The notes: generated from the letters alone by a model not told the origin. A stretch of DNA of 64,000 nt from Pseudomonadota bacterium (GCA_041178225.1 JBEGVV010000258.1:1514-65513), one strand, 5' to 3'; positions 11,600-21,799 are shown, counted from the first letter of the stretch. Numbers and translations are program-made.

Positions 11600-12376
11600 A
11601 TGGACAAGGCTCTTGCCGGCCAGCGCGCGCTGGTCACGGCCGGCGCATCCGGCATCGGCCGCGCGATCGCGCGGCGCTTCGCCGCGGAGGGCGCGCGCGT
11701 CTTCGTATGCGACGTGGACGGGAAGGCGCTCGCGGCCTTCCTCGCCGAGAACCCCGGCAGTTCGGGCATCCTCGCAGACGTCGCCGATCCCGCGCAGGTG
11801 GATCGCCTGTTCGACGCCGTCGCGTCAGGCCTCGGCGGCCTCGACATCCTCGTCAACAACGCGGGCATCGCCGGGCCGACGCGCAAGGTCGAGGAGGTCA
11901 CGGTCGCGGACTGGGACCGCTGCATCGCGATCAACCTCAACGGCATGTTCTACTGCACGCGGCGCGGCGTGCCGCTGCTGAAGGCCGCCGGCGGCGGCTC
12001 GATCGTCAACCTGTCCTCGGTGGCGGGCCGCCTCGGCTACCCGCTTCGCACGCCCTACGCCGCCTCGAAATGGGCGGTGGTCGGCCTCACCAAGAGCCTC
12101 GCCATGGAACTCGGCCCCGACGGCATCCGCGTCAACTGCATCCAGCCGGGCCTCGTCGCCGGCCCGCGCATCGACGGCGTCATCGGCGCCAAGGCAGAGG
12201 CCTTCGGCATCGGCTTCGACGAGATGAAGCAGCGCCTGCTCGCGAACGTCTCGCTGCGCCACATGGTGACGTCGGACGACATCGCCGAGATGGCGCTCTT
12301 CGTCTGCTCGCGCGCGGGCTCCAGCATCACCGGCCAGGCCCTCTCGGTCTGCGGCGACCACCAGGTGCTCCAGTGA
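11600..12376 (+). CDS. SDR family NAD(P)-dependent oxidoreductase
   Basis: Contains TAGASGIGRAIA (TGxxxGxG), NNAG and a YAASK catalytic YxxxK. A GGGAGGGA ribosome-binding site lies upstream of the ATG at 11600. Confidence 0.9.
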   Translation: MDKALAGQRALVTAGASGIGRAIARRFAAEGARVFVCDVDGKALAAFLAENPGSSGILADVADPAQVDRLFDAVASGLGGLDILVNNAGIAGPTRKVEEVTVADWDRCIAINLNGMFYCTRRGVPLLKAAGGGSIVNLSSVAGRLGYPLRTPYAASKWAVVGLTKSLAMELGPDGIRVNCIQPGLVAGPRIDGVIGAKAEAFGIGFDEMKQRLLANVSLRHMVTSDDIAEMALFVCSRAGSSITGQALSVCGDHQVLQ

Positions 12377-13317
12377 AGGCCGCGATCGCGATCGTCGGCA
12401 GCGGCTTCATCGGCCGCGGCTGGGCCGCGCGCTTCGCCTCGGCGGGCGCGACGGTGAGGCTCTGGGACAGCAACCCCGCCGCGCCGGGCGCCGCGCTGCG
12501 CTGGCTCGACGAGACGCTCCCGGCGATGGAGAAGCTCGGCCTGATCGCCGACGCGGCGGGCGCGCGGGCGCGCGCCACCGCCTGCACGACGCTCGAGGAG
12601 GCGCTGGCCGGCGTCGACTACGTGCAGGAGAACGCGCCCGAGGACCTCGCGCTCAAGCGCGACCTCCACCGGCGCATCGACGCGGCGGACTGCGCCTCGG
12701 CCGTGGTCGGCAGCTCGACCTCCACCTTCCCCGGCAGCCGCATCTTCGGCGGGCTGCGCGGCGCGGCGCGCTGCCTCGTGGCGCATCCCGCCAACCCGCC
12801 GCATCTCCTTCCCGTCGTCGAGCTTGTGCCGACGCCGGACACCGCGCCCGAGGCGCTCGCGCGCTGCAGGTCGCTGATGCAGGAGGCCGGCCAGGTGCCG
12901 GTGCTGCTGAAGAAGGAGATCGAGGGCTTCGTGATGAACCGGCTGCAGGCCGGCGTCATCTGCGAGGCGATCAGCCTCGTCGCCGACGGCGTGATCGAGC
13001 CCGACGACCTCGACGCGGTGATCCGCCACTCGCTCGGCCTGCGCTGGTCCTTCATGGGCCCGTTCGAGACCATGGACCTCAACGCGCCATCCGGCTTCCT
13101 CGACTACGCCACGCGCTATGGCGGCCCGCTGCGCGGCCTCGGCCGCGACCTCAAGGTCGCCGCGGACTGGCCCTCCGAGGCGCTGGCGCGCATCGAGGCC
13201 GAGCGCCGCGCGCGCGTGCCGGCCACGGGGCTGCCCGCGCGCGGCGGCTGGCGCGACCGGCGCCTGATGGCGCTCGCCGCGCACAAGAAGCAGATGAACG
13301 ACAAGGAAGGGGAGTGA
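12373..13317 (+). CDS. 3-hydroxyacyl-CoA dehydrogenase family protein (L-carnitine / L-gulonate 3-dehydrogenase-like)
   Basis: Its GTG start overlaps the SDR stop (GTGA). It has an N-terminal Rossmann motif IAIVGSGFIGRGWA and an HADH-like core. Confidence 0.8.
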   Translation: MKAAIAIVGSGFIGRGWAARFASAGATVRLWDSNPAAPGAALRWLDETLPAMEKLGLIADAAGARARATACTTLEEALAGVDYVQENAPEDLALKRDLHRRIDAADCASAVVGSSTSTFPGSRIFGGLRGAARCLVAHPANPPHLLPVVELVPTPDTAPEALARCRSLMQEAGQVPVLLKKEIEGFVMNRLQAGVICEAISLVADGVIEPDDLDAVIRHSLGLRWSFMGPFETMDLNAPSGFLDYATRYGGPLRGLGRDLKVAADWPSEALARIEAERRARVPATGLPARGGWRDRRLMALAAHKKQMNDKEGE

Positions 13318-14273
13318 CGACCATGGCAGACGCGAAGCCGAAGGCCCGGCGCAAGACGATCATCACCTGCGCGGTGACCGGCTCCATCCACACGCCGACG
13401 ATGTCGCCGCACCTGCCGATCACGCCGGACGAGATCGCGCGGGAATCGATAGCGGCCGCCGAGGCCGGCGCCTCGATCATCCACCTCCACGCGCGCGACC
13501 CGAAGGATGGTCGCCCGACGCCGTCGCCCGACGTCTTCATGGAGTTCCTGCCGCGCATCAAGCAGGCCTGCGACGCGGTGGTGAACATCACCACCGGCGG
13601 CGGCCACGGCATGACGGTGGCCGAGCGCCTCGCCGCGCCGCTGCGCGCGAGCCCGGAGATGACCTCGCTCAACATGGGCTCGATGAACTTCGGCCTCTAC
13701 CCGATGCTCGAGCGCTACAAGGAGTTCAGGCACGACTGGGAGCGCGTCCACCTCGAGAACAGCCGCGACTTCATCTTCCGCAACACGTTCAAGGACATCG
13801 AGACGGTCCTGCACGAGCTCGGCGACAAGCACGGCACGCGCTTCGAGTTCGAGTGCTACGACGTCGGCCACCTCTACACGCTGGCGCATTTCCTCGAGCG
13901 CGGCCTCGTCAAGCCGCCGCTCTTCGTGCAGACGATCTTCGGCATCCTCGGCGGCATCGGCCCGCACCCGGAGGACGTCATGCACATGAGGCGCACGGCC
14001 GACCGGCTCTTCGGCGACCAGTACCGCTGGTCGGTGCTCGCGGCAGGCCGCCACCAGATGCCGCTCCTCACCATGGCCGCGACGATGGGCGCAAACGTGC
14101 GCGTCGGGCTCGAGGACTCGCTCTGGCTCGGGCCGGGGCAGCTCGCGAAGTCCAACGCCGACCAGGTGCGCAAGATCCGCACGATCATCGAGAGCCTGGG
14201 CGGGGAGATCGCGACGCCGGCCGAGGCGCGCGCGATGCTGGGCCTGAAGGGCGGGGACCGCGTCGCCTTCTGA
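13314..14273 (+). CDS. BKACE family enzyme (3-keto-5-aminohexanoate cleavage enzyme-like, DUF849)
   Basis: TIITCAVTGSIHTP...ITTGGG matches the Kce/BKACE signatures. Its start overlaps the stop of the preceding gene. Confidence 0.85.
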   Translation: MTTMADAKPKARRKTIITCAVTGSIHTPTMSPHLPITPDEIARESIAAAEAGASIIHLHARDPKDGRPTPSPDVFMEFLPRIKQACDAVVNITTGGGHGMTVAERLAAPLRASPEMTSLNMGSMNFGLYPMLERYKEFRHDWERVHLENSRDFIFRNTFKDIETVLHELGDKHGTRFEFECYDVGHLYTLAHFLERGLVKPPLFVQTIFGILGGIGPHPEDVMHMRRTADRLFGDQYRWSVLAAGRHQMPLLTMAATMGANVRVGLEDSLWLGPGQLAKSNADQVRKIRTIIESLGGEIATPAEARAMLGLKGGDRVAF

Positions 14274-14285
14274 CGCGGCGCCCCG

Positions 14286-16178
14286 TCAGCGCCTGAAGCG
14301 CGCGAGCTCCTCGGCGACGCGGGCGAAGACGCTCTTCCAGTCGCGCTGGCGCGGCTGGCGGAACAGGCGCATCGACGGGTACCAGGGCGTGTCGTCGCGC
14401 CCGAGCATCCAGCGCCAGTCGGGCGAGAACGGGACCATCGTCCAGACCGGGCGGCGGATCGCGCCGGCGAGGTGCACGATCGAGGTGTCGGCGGCGACGA
14501 GCAGGTCGAGCGCGCAGAGCGCCGCCGCGCTTTCCGCGAAGTCGGTGAGCAGCGGCGCCATGTCCTCCACCTTGCCGAGCCGCGCGAGGTCGGCGTCGTC
14601 GCCCTCGCGCCGGTTCTTCTGCATGGAGAAGAAGCGCACGCCCGGCACGTCGAGGAGCGGGCCGAAGGCGAGCGGGCGGAACGACCTGTGGTGGTCGTTG
14701 CCGTGCTGCGGGTTGCCCGCCCAGACGAGGCCCACGCGCAGCCCGCCGCCCTGCCCCAGCCGCTCCTTCCAGGCGCGCACCAGCTCCGGGTCCGGCGCGA
14801 GCTCGTCGCCGGGCGGCGGGATCGTGTCGAGCTCGCAGGCGAGCACGCCGGGGATGCTCAGCAGCGGGCAATGCACGTCGAAATGCGGCAGCGGGTTGCC
14901 GCGCTGCACGAGGCGGATGCCAGGCCGCGCGAGCGGCGCGGCAAGGCGCAGCAGTTCGGGCTGGATCTCCACGACGACGTCGGCGCCGAGCGCGCGCACG
15001 ATCGGCACGTAGCGCAGGAACTGCAGCGTGTCGCCCAGGCCCTGCTCGGCATGGAGCAGGATCGTCTGCCCGACGATGGACTCGCCGCGCCACCAGGGCT
15101 GCCGGAAGGGCCGCGGCGGCAGGACGGCGAGCTTCCAGCGCGCCTCGTAGCGCTCCCAGCCCTCGCGGAACTGGCCCAGCGTGAGCAGCGCCTGGCTCAT
15201 GTTGCTGACGGCCTCGTGGTAGACGGGCCTCAGCTCGAGGGCCTTGCGGAAATGCGCCACCGCCTCCTCGTGGCGGCAGCGACCCATCAGGACGATGCCG
15301 AGGTTGCCGAAGCCATCCGCATAGTTCGGCCGCAGCTCCAGCGCCTTGCGGTAGCAGGCCTCGGCCTCGTCGAGGCGCCCCTGCCGGAAGAACGTGTTGC
15401 CGAGGTTGTTGTGCGCCTCGGGGAAGTCCTCGCGGATCGCGATCGCGGCGCGGAAGCTCGCCTCGGCGTCGGCGAGGCGGCCGAGATGCTTGAGGCGGCT
15501 GCCCAGCTGGTTGTGCGCCTCGGCGTCGCGCGGATCGAGCTCGATCGCGCGGCGGAAGCACGCGATCGCCTCGTCGTGCTTGTTCTGGCGCGCGAGCACC
15601 ATGCCCTGGCCGCGATGCGCGTCGCCGTAGTCCGGGCGCAGCCCGAGGGCCTCGAGGAAATGCTTCGCGGCGTCGTCGAGCGCGCCCGACTTGCGCAGCA
15701 GGTGGCCGAGGTTGTTGTGCGCCTCCGGGAATTCGGGGCGGGCCGCGATCGCGGCGCGGTAGCTCGCCGCGGCCTCGCGCCAGCGCTGGCGCTTCTCGTG
15801 CAGCGCGCCGAGGTTGTTGTGCGCGTCCGCGTAGCGGCGGTCCAGCTTCACCGCCTGCTCGTAGTGCTTCTGCGCCTCGTCGAGCCGGCCGAGCGCCTGC
15901 AGCGCCGTGCCAAGGTTGCCGTGGAAGGGCGCCGCGCCCGGATTGGCGGCGATGGCCGCGCGGATCTTCTCGACCGCCGCCGCCGGCTCGCCGCGCTGGA
16001 TGTCGAGCACGCCCATGAGGTGCAGCGCGCCGGGATGGCCGGGCCGCTCGCGCAGCACGCGCTCGTAGAGCGCCTGCGCCTCCGACAGGCGCCTTGCCTG
16101 GTGGAGCCGCACGCCCTCCTCGAACAACGCCCTGGTCCCGGCCGCCGCCTCGGCGGAGGGGGCGCCGCTCCCGGTCAT
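14286..16178 (-). CDS. TPR-repeat protein with a C-terminal glycosyltransferase family 9 (heptosyltransferase-like) domain
   Basis: Seven or more TPR units (AHNNLG..., EAHNNLG...) are followed by HAEQGLGDTLQFLRY and a GT9-like C-terminus. Confidence 0.75.
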   Translation of the reverse strand: MTGSGAPSAEAAAGTRALFEEGVRLHQARRLSEAQALYERVLRERPGHPGALHLMGVLDIQRGEPAAAVEKIRAAIAANPGAAPFHGNLGTALQALGRLDEAQKHYEQAVKLDRRYADAHNNLGALHEKRQRWREAAASYRAAIAARPEFPEAHNNLGHLLRKSGALDDAAKHFLEALGLRPDYGDAHRGQGMVLARQNKHDEAIACFRRAIELDPRDAEAHNQLGSRLKHLGRLADAEASFRAAIAIREDFPEAHNNLGNTFFRQGRLDEAEACYRKALELRPNYADGFGNLGIVLMGRCRHEEAVAHFRKALELRPVYHEAVSNMSQALLTLGQFREGWERYEARWKLAVLPPRPFRQPWWRGESIVGQTILLHAEQGLGDTLQFLRYVPIVRALGADVVVEIQPELLRLAAPLARPGIRLVQRGNPLPHFDVHCPLLSIPGVLACELDTIPPPGDELAPDPELVRAWKERLGQGGGLRVGLVWAGNPQHGNDHHRSFRPLAFGPLLDVPGVRFFSMQKNRREGDDADLARLGKVEDMAPLLTDFAESAAALCALDLLVAADTSIVHLAGAIRRPVWTMVPFSPDWRWMLGRDDTPWYPSMRLFRQPRQRDWKSVFARVAEELARFRR

Positions 16179-16239
16179 GGCGACGACCCGTCCGGATGCA
16201 TGAGCCCATGATAGCGCCGGCGTGCCGGCGGTTCAGCAC

Positions 16240-17034
16240 TCACGCGCCGCGCCTCCCGCCTCGCAGCGCCAGCCGCGCCGCGAGCAGCGCGATCCCTACC
16301 GCGACCAGCATCAGCGTCGCCAGCGCGTTGATCTGCGGCGAGAGGCCGAGGCGCACGCTCGCGAAGACCAGCATGGGCAGCGTGGTCGCGCCCGGCCCCG
16401 AGACGAAGCTGGCCACGACCAGGTCGTCGAGCGACAGGGTGAAGGCGAGCAGCCAGCCAGCCGCCAGGGCGGGCGCCAGCAGCGGCAGGGTGACGGTGCG
16501 CAGGATCTCCGCGGGCCGCGCACCGAGGTCGGCCGCCGCCTCCTCCAGCGCCGGGTCCTGGTCCGCGAGCCGTGCCTGCACGACCGTGGCGACATAGGCG
16601 ATGGCGAAGGTGGCGTGCGCGATCGTCACGGTCGCGGCGCCGCGCTCGGCCGGCCAGCCAGTCGCGCGCTCGAGCCCGACGAAGAGCAGCAGCAGCGTCA
16701 CGCCGGCCAGGATCTCCGGCATGACGAGGAGCGCCGCGAGCGCGCCACCCAGCGCGCCGCGCAGGCGGAAGCGCCCCATGCGCGCCATCGCGAGCCCGGC
16801 GGCGGCGCCGATCGCGGTGGCGAGCGTCGCGCTCGCGGCGGCGATGGCGAGGCTCAGCCCCGCCGCGCGCAGCATGCGCTCGTTGCCGAGGAGCTCGCCG
16901 TACCAGCGCAGCGAGAAGCCGCTCCAGCTCGTGAGCAGCGGCGAATCGTTGAAGGAGAAGGCGACCAGCACGAGGATCGGCAGGTAGAGGAAGGCGAGGC
17001 CAAGGCCCAGCCCGACCAGGAGCCGGGCGCTCAT
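16240..17034 (-). CDS. Polyamine ABC transporter permease (PotC-like)
   Basis: 264 aa with 6 TMS and the EAA-like loop ALEEAAADLGARP. It overlaps the next permease by ATGA. Confidence 0.85.
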   Translation of the reverse strand: MSARLLVGLGLGLAFLYLPILVLVAFSFNDSPLLTSWSGFSLRWYGELLGNERMLRAAGLSLAIAAASATLATAIGAAAGLAMARMGRFRLRGALGGALAALLVMPEILAGVTLLLLFVGLERATGWPAERGAATVTIAHATFAIAYVATVVQARLADQDPALEEAAADLGARPAEILRTVTLPLLAPALAAGWLLAFTLSLDDLVVASFVSGPGATTLPMLVFASVRLGLSPQINALATLMLVAVGIALLAARLALRGGRRGA

Positions 17035-17882
17035 CCGCGCGCCTGCAGCCGCTGGAAGAGCAGGATCGGCGCGGCGAGCAGCGCCACCATCGCGATCGCC
17101 AGCGCCGAGGTGGCCGGCCAGTCGCGGCTGGAGAAGAACTCGTTCCAGATCGCGCGCCCGAGCAGGTTGGCGTCCGGCCCGCCGAGCATCTCCGGGACGA
17201 TGAACTCCGCGGTCGCGGGGATGAAGACGAGCAGCGCGCCGGCCGCCAGCCCCGGCAGCGAAAGCGGCAGGGTGACGGTCAGGAACACCGCCGACGGGCG
17301 GGCGCCGAGGTCGGCGGCCGCTTCCTCCAGCGCCGGGTCGAGCTTCTCGAGGCTGGCATAGAGCGGCAGCACCATGAAGGGCAGGTAGACGTAGACGAGG
17401 CCGAGCAGCACGGCGAAGTCGTTGTCGACCAGCTCCAGCGGCGCGTCGATCGCGCCGATCGCCTCGAGCGCGGCGTTGACCAGGCCCGAGGGCTTCAGCA
17501 GCGCCGTCCACGCGTAGATGCGCACGAGGAACGACGTCCAGAACGGAAGCATGACGAGCAGGAGCAGCGTCTCGCGCCGGCCGCGCGGCGCGCGCGCGAT
17601 CGCGAGCGCCATCGGATAGCCGAGCAGCGCCGCGCAGGCGGTCGCGAGCCCGGCCATGCGCAGCGAGGAGAGCAGCGCATCGAGGTAGACCTCGTCCGAC
17701 GCGAGCAGCCGCCACGCGGCAAGGCCGGGCCGCGAGAGGTCGAAGGGCGGCGCGCCCTCCACGGGCGTCGCGAAGCTGATCGCGAGCGCCATCGCGAAGG
17801 GCAGCACGAAGAAGGCGGCGAGCCAGGCCGCCGGGAGCGCGAGGATCGCGGCGCGAAGGCCACGCGGCCAGAGAAGGCTCAT
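17031..17882 (-). CDS. Polyamine ABC transporter permease (PotB-like)
   Basis: 283 aa with 6 TMS and the loop PALEEAAADLGARP. Confidence 0.85.
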   Translation of the reverse strand: MSLLWPRGLRAAILALPAAWLAAFFVLPFAMALAISFATPVEGAPPFDLSRPGLAAWRLLASDEVYLDALLSSLRMAGLATACAALLGYPMALAIARAPRGRRETLLLLVMLPFWTSFLVRIYAWTALLKPSGLVNAALEAIGAIDAPLELVDNDFAVLLGLVYVYLPFMVLPLYASLEKLDPALEEAAADLGARPSAVFLTVTLPLSLPGLAAGALLVFIPATAEFIVPEMLGGPDANLLGRAIWNEFFSSRDWPATSALAIAMVALLAAPILLFQRLQARG

Positions 17883-18937
17883 GCCGGGACGATCGGCGCT
17901 TCCGCCGGATCCCAGTCCAGCGCCACCGCGCTGCCCGGCGCCGGGCAGGGATCGCGCGGCGCGAGGCTCGCCTGCAACTCGCGCCCGTCGGCCAGCACGA
18001 CGCCGAGCGACACGCTCTCGCCGAGGAAGGCGGCGTGGCCCGCGACGCCCTGCAGCCGCCCGCTGCCCGGCGGCGCGAGGCGCAGCGCCTCGGGCCGCAG
18101 CACGATCGTCGCGACCGTGCCGGGCGCGAGGCCTGGAGCGGAGCTGCCGGCGAGCATTCCAAGAGGTCCCGCATCCAGGAGCGCGGCAGCCCTGCCCGCC
18201 TTCGCGAGCCGTCCGTCGACGAGCGCGGCGCGGCCCAGGAAGGCGGCGACGTGCCGGTCGGCGGGTGACTCGTATACCTCGCGCGGGCTGCCGACCTGCG
18301 CCAGCCGCCCGCCCCGCATGACGGCGAGCCGGTCGGCGACCGCCAGCGCCTCCTCCTGGTCGTGGGTGACGAGCACGAAGGTGATGCCCAGCCGCTTCTG
18401 CAGCGCCAGCAACTGGCGGCGCGTCTCCTCGCGCAATCCCTTGTCGAGCGCGGCCATCGGCTCGTCGAGCAGCAGGATGCGCGGCAGCTTCGCGAGCGCC
18501 CGCGCGAGCGCCACGCGCTGGCGCTGGCCGCCGGAGAGCTGGTGCGGGCGCCGGCCGCCGAGGCCCTCGAGCCGCACGAGCGCGAGCATCTCCGCCACGC
18601 GGCGCGTGATGTCGGCCTTCGCCATTCCCTCGCGCACCAGCCCGTAGGCGATGTTCGTCGCCACGTCCATGTGCGGGAAGAGCGCGTAGGACTGGAACAC
18701 CGTGTTCACGGGCCGGCGCCAGGGCGGCAGCGCGGTGGCGTCGAGCTCGCCGATCCCGATGCGCCCCGCGTCGGGAAGCTCGAGCCCGGCCACCAGCCTA
18801 AGCAGGGTCGTCTTGCCGCAGCCCGAGGGACCGACGAGCGCGAAGAACTCGCCCTCGCCGATCGCGAGGTCGACGCCGTCCACGGCCGCGACCGGGCCGT
18901 AGCGCCGCGACACGCCCTCGAGGACGATGCCAGCCAT
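17879..18937 (-). CDS. Polyamine ABC transporter ATP-binding protein (PotA-like)
   Basis: Walker A GPSGCGKTT, signature LSGGQRQR, Walker B LLLDEP, and a C-terminal TOBE-like domain. Confidence 0.9.
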   Translation of the reverse strand: MAGIVLEGVSRRYGPVAAVDGVDLAIGEGEFFALVGPSGCGKTTLLRLVAGLELPDAGRIGIGELDATALPPWRRPVNTVFQSYALFPHMDVATNIAYGLVREGMAKADITRRVAEMLALVRLEGLGGRRPHQLSGGQRQRVALARALAKLPRILLLDEPMAALDKGLREETRRQLLALQKRLGITFVLVTHDQEEALAVADRLAVMRGGRLAQVGSPREVYESPADRHVAAFLGRAALVDGRLAKAGRAAALLDAGPLGMLAGSSAPGLAPGTVATIVLRPEALRLAPPGSGRLQGVAGHAAFLGESVSLGVVLADGRELQASLAPRDPCPAPGSAVALDWDPAEAPIVPA

Positions 18938-18968
18938 GCCGGCGCGGCCGCGCCTCCCTGCCCCGCCC

Positions 18969-20066
18969 TCAGCGCCCGGTCTTCACCCGCGTCCAGGCGC
19001 GCGTGCGCAGGCGGTCGAACTCCAGGTCCGCGGGCGTGATCGTGTAGAACCGCGCCTGGATCTCGGCCGGCGGGTAGACGCCGGGGTCGGTGCGCGTCGC
19101 CTCGTCGATGCGCGGCAGCGCCGCGGGCACGGCGACGGCATAGCCAAGGAAGCTCGAGTTCATCGCCGCGATCTCGGGCCGCAGCATGAAGTCGATGAAG
19201 CGGTGGGCGTTGTCGACGTTCGCCGCGTCGGCCGGGATGGCCGCGGTGTCGATCCAGGTGAGCGCGCCCTCGACCGGGATCGAGTACTCGATCGACACGC
19301 CGCGGCGGGACTCGGCCGCGCGCTTCGCGGCCTGCTTGACGTCGCCCGAGAAGCCGAAGGCGAGGCATGCGTCGCCGCTCGCGAGCGCGTTGATGTAGTC
19401 CGAGGAGTGCCAGCGCCGCACGAAGGGGCGGATCGCCTGCAGCGCGGCGACGGCCTTCTCCAGGTCCTCCGGCTTCTTCGAATCCGGGTCGAGGCCCAGG
19501 TAGGCGAGCGCGGCCGGGAAGACGTCGGTCGGCGAGTCGAGCACGATCACGCCGCAGGAGCGGAAGCGCGACACGACCGCGGGATCGAAGATCATGCGCA
19601 GCGAGTAGACCGGGGCGTCCGGCATCGTCTTGAGGACGCGCTCGCGGTTGTAGCCGATGCCCGTCGTGCCCCAGAGCCAGGGCACGGCGTGGCGGTTGCC
19701 GGCGTCGAAGCGCTCGAGGCGCTTCATCACGCCGGGATCGAGCTGCGCGTGGTTCGGGATCTTCGCACGGTCGAGCGGCCGGTAGAGGTTCGCCTTCAGC
19801 TGCGTCGCCAGGAAGGGCGAGGCCGTCGGCACGACGAGGTCGTAGCCGCTGCGGCCCGCGCGCAGCTTCGCGTCGAGGATCTCGTTCCCGTCGTAGGTGT
19901 CGTAGGTGACCTTGATGCCGGTCTCCTGCTCGAAGCGCTTGAGCGCCTCGGGCGCGACGTAGTCGTTCCAGTTGTAGACGCGCAACTGCCCCTGCGCGGC
20001 CGCGTCGAGCGCGACGCCCGCGAGCAGGGCGAGGGAACAGGCGATGCGGGCGATGGCGACGCGCAT
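18969..20066 (-). CDS. Polyamine ABC transporter periplasmic substrate-binding protein (PotD/PotF-like)
   Basis: The start MRVAIARIACSLALLAGVALDAAAQ is a signal peptide. The body is a spermidine/putrescine-binding-protein-like sequence. Confidence 0.85.
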   Translation of the reverse strand: MRVAIARIACSLALLAGVALDAAAQGQLRVYNWNDYVAPEALKRFEQETGIKVTYDTYDGNEILDAKLRAGRSGYDLVVPTASPFLATQLKANLYRPLDRAKIPNHAQLDPGVMKRLERFDAGNRHAVPWLWGTTGIGYNRERVLKTMPDAPVYSLRMIFDPAVVSRFRSCGVIVLDSPTDVFPAALAYLGLDPDSKKPEDLEKAVAALQAIRPFVRRWHSSDYINALASGDACLAFGFSGDVKQAAKRAAESRRGVSIEYSIPVEGALTWIDTAAIPADAANVDNAHRFIDFMLRPEIAAMNSSFLGYAVAVPAALPRIDEATRTDPGVYPPAEIQARFYTITPADLEFDRLRTRAWTRVKTGR

Positions 20067-20209
20067 TGTTTGTCTCCATTGCAGGAGGTGGATGCGACGA
20101 ATCGCGCAGATTTGGCCGCCTTCGCCGCGGCGCGTCAATCGCCGCGATCCGGCGACGCGCGCCCCTTGTCGCCGCGCTGCCCCCGCGAGAGGATGCGGAT
20201 CTCCCCCGC
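20067..20209. promoter_or_regulatory. Divergent intergenic region between the polyamine ABC operon and puuE (putative promoters)
   Basis: 143-bp gap between two divergently oriented start codons. Confidence 0.3.
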
Positions 20210-21157
20210 ATGGAGCCCGCCCCCATGGCGCAGCGCAAGAAGCCAGCCTACCCGCGCGACCTCGTCGGCTATGGCCGCAATCCGCCCGACGCGAAATGGC
20301 CTGGCGGCGCGCGCGTGGCGGTCAGCTTCGTCGTCAACTACGAGGAAGGCGGCGAGCGCTCCCTCGTCCATGGCGACAAGGTCTCGGAGGTCTTCCTGCA
20401 CGAGGTGCCAGGCCTCGTGCCACGCGCTGGCCGTCGCGACGAGCAGGTCGAGTCGGTCTACGAGTACGGCAGCCGCGCCGGGTTCTGGCGCCTCCTGCGC
20501 ATGTTCGACGAGCGGCGCATCCCCTTCACGAGCTGGGCCGTCGGCATGGCGGTCGCGCGCCACCCCGAGGTTGCGCGGGCGATGCGCGAGTCCGGCCACG
20601 AGGTGGCCAGCCATGGCTGGCGCTGGTTCGACTACCAGGACATGGGGATCGCCGAGGAGCGGCGGCACATGAAGCTCGCCATCGAGGCGATCGAGAAGGC
20701 CTGCGGCGAGCGGCCGGTCGGCTGGTACACGGGTCGCCTGAGCGCGAACACGCGGCGCCTCGTCGTCGAGGAGGGTGGCTTCCTCTACGATTCCGATTCC
20801 TACGCCGACGACCTGCCCTACTGGGTGGAGGCCGGGCGCGGCCGCGGCCACCTCGTCGTTCCCTACACCTTCGACAACAACGACATGAAGTTCGCCACGC
20901 TCGGCGGCTTCGCGACCGGCGAGGACTTCTTCGCGCACCTGCGCGATTCCTTCGACGTCCTCTACCGCGAGGGCCAGCAGGGCCAGGCCAAGATGATGTC
21001 GATCGGGCTGCATTGCCGGCTCGCCGGGCGCCCTGGCCGCGCGGCGGCGCTGGCGCGCTTCCTCGACTACGTGCAGCGCCACGACCATGCCTGGATCTGC
21101 CGGCGCGTCGACATCGCGCGGCACTGGCATGCCACCCATCCCTACCGCAAGGACTGA
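20210..21157 (+). CDS. puuE: Allantoinase PuuE (polysaccharide-deacetylase-type)
   Basis: The sequence VNYEEGGE...DSDSYADDLPYW...PYTFDNNDMKF...LHCRLAGRPGR is highly characteristic of PuuE. Confidence 0.9.
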   Translation: MEPAPMAQRKKPAYPRDLVGYGRNPPDAKWPGGARVAVSFVVNYEEGGERSLVHGDKVSEVFLHEVPGLVPRAGRRDEQVESVYEYGSRAGFWRLLRMFDERRIPFTSWAVGMAVARHPEVARAMRESGHEVASHGWRWFDYQDMGIAEERRHMKLAIEAIEKACGERPVGWYTGRLSANTRRLVVEEGGFLYDSDSYADDLPYWVEAGRGRGHLVVPYTFDNNDMKFATLGGFATGEDFFAHLRDSFDVLYREGQQGQAKMMSIGLHCRLAGRPGRAAALARFLDYVQRHDHAWICRRVDIARHWHATHPYRKD

Positions 21158-21175
21158 CAGAGGAGACGCGCGAAC

Positions 21176-21799
21176 ATGATCAAGGTCTGGGGACGCAAGA
21201 ACTCGTCCAACGTGCAGAAGGTGATGTGGGCGATCGGCGAGCTCGGCATCGCCTACGAGCGGCTCGACATCGGCGGCCCGTTCGGCGGCAACAAGGAGGC
21301 CGCCTACCTGGCGATGAACCCGAACGGGCTGATCCCGACGATCCAGGACGGCGAACTCGTCATGTGGGAGTCGAACGCGATCGTGCGCTACCTCGCGACC
21401 GCCTACGGCACTGGCCGGCTCGTGCCCGCCGACGCCAAGGCCGCCGCGACCTGCAACCAGTGGATGGACTGGCAGCTCTCGGTCGTCGCGCCGTCCATCA
21501 CCCCGGCCTTCCTCGGCCTCGTCCGCACGCCGGCGGCGCAGCGCGACAACGCGGCCATCGCCGCGTCGCAGGCGAAGACCATCGAGGCGATGTCGATGCT
21601 GGAGGCGCGGCTCGGCACCTCGCGCCACGTCGCGGGCGACGCCTTCACGATGGCCGACATCCCCCTCGGCATCATGGCCTACAGGTACTGGCAGCTCGTG
21701 CCGCACCACCCCGCGCACCCGAACCTGCGCCGCTGGTACGACGCGATCCAGGCGCGCAAGGCCTTCGCCGAGCACGTCTCCTCGATCCCGATGACCTGA
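21176..21799 (+). CDS. Glutathione S-transferase
   Basis: The stretch NPNGLIPTIQDGELVMWESNAIVRYLA is the GST N-terminal domain. Confidence 0.85.
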   Translation: MIKVWGRKNSSNVQKVMWAIGELGIAYERLDIGGPFGGNKEAAYLAMNPNGLIPTIQDGELVMWESNAIVRYLATAYGTGRLVPADAKAAATCNQWMDWQLSVVAPSITPAFLGLVRTPAAQRDNAAIAASQAKTIEAMSMLEARLGTSRHVAGDAFTMADIPLGIMAYRYWQLVPHHPAHPNLRRWYDAIQARKAFAEHVSSIPMT

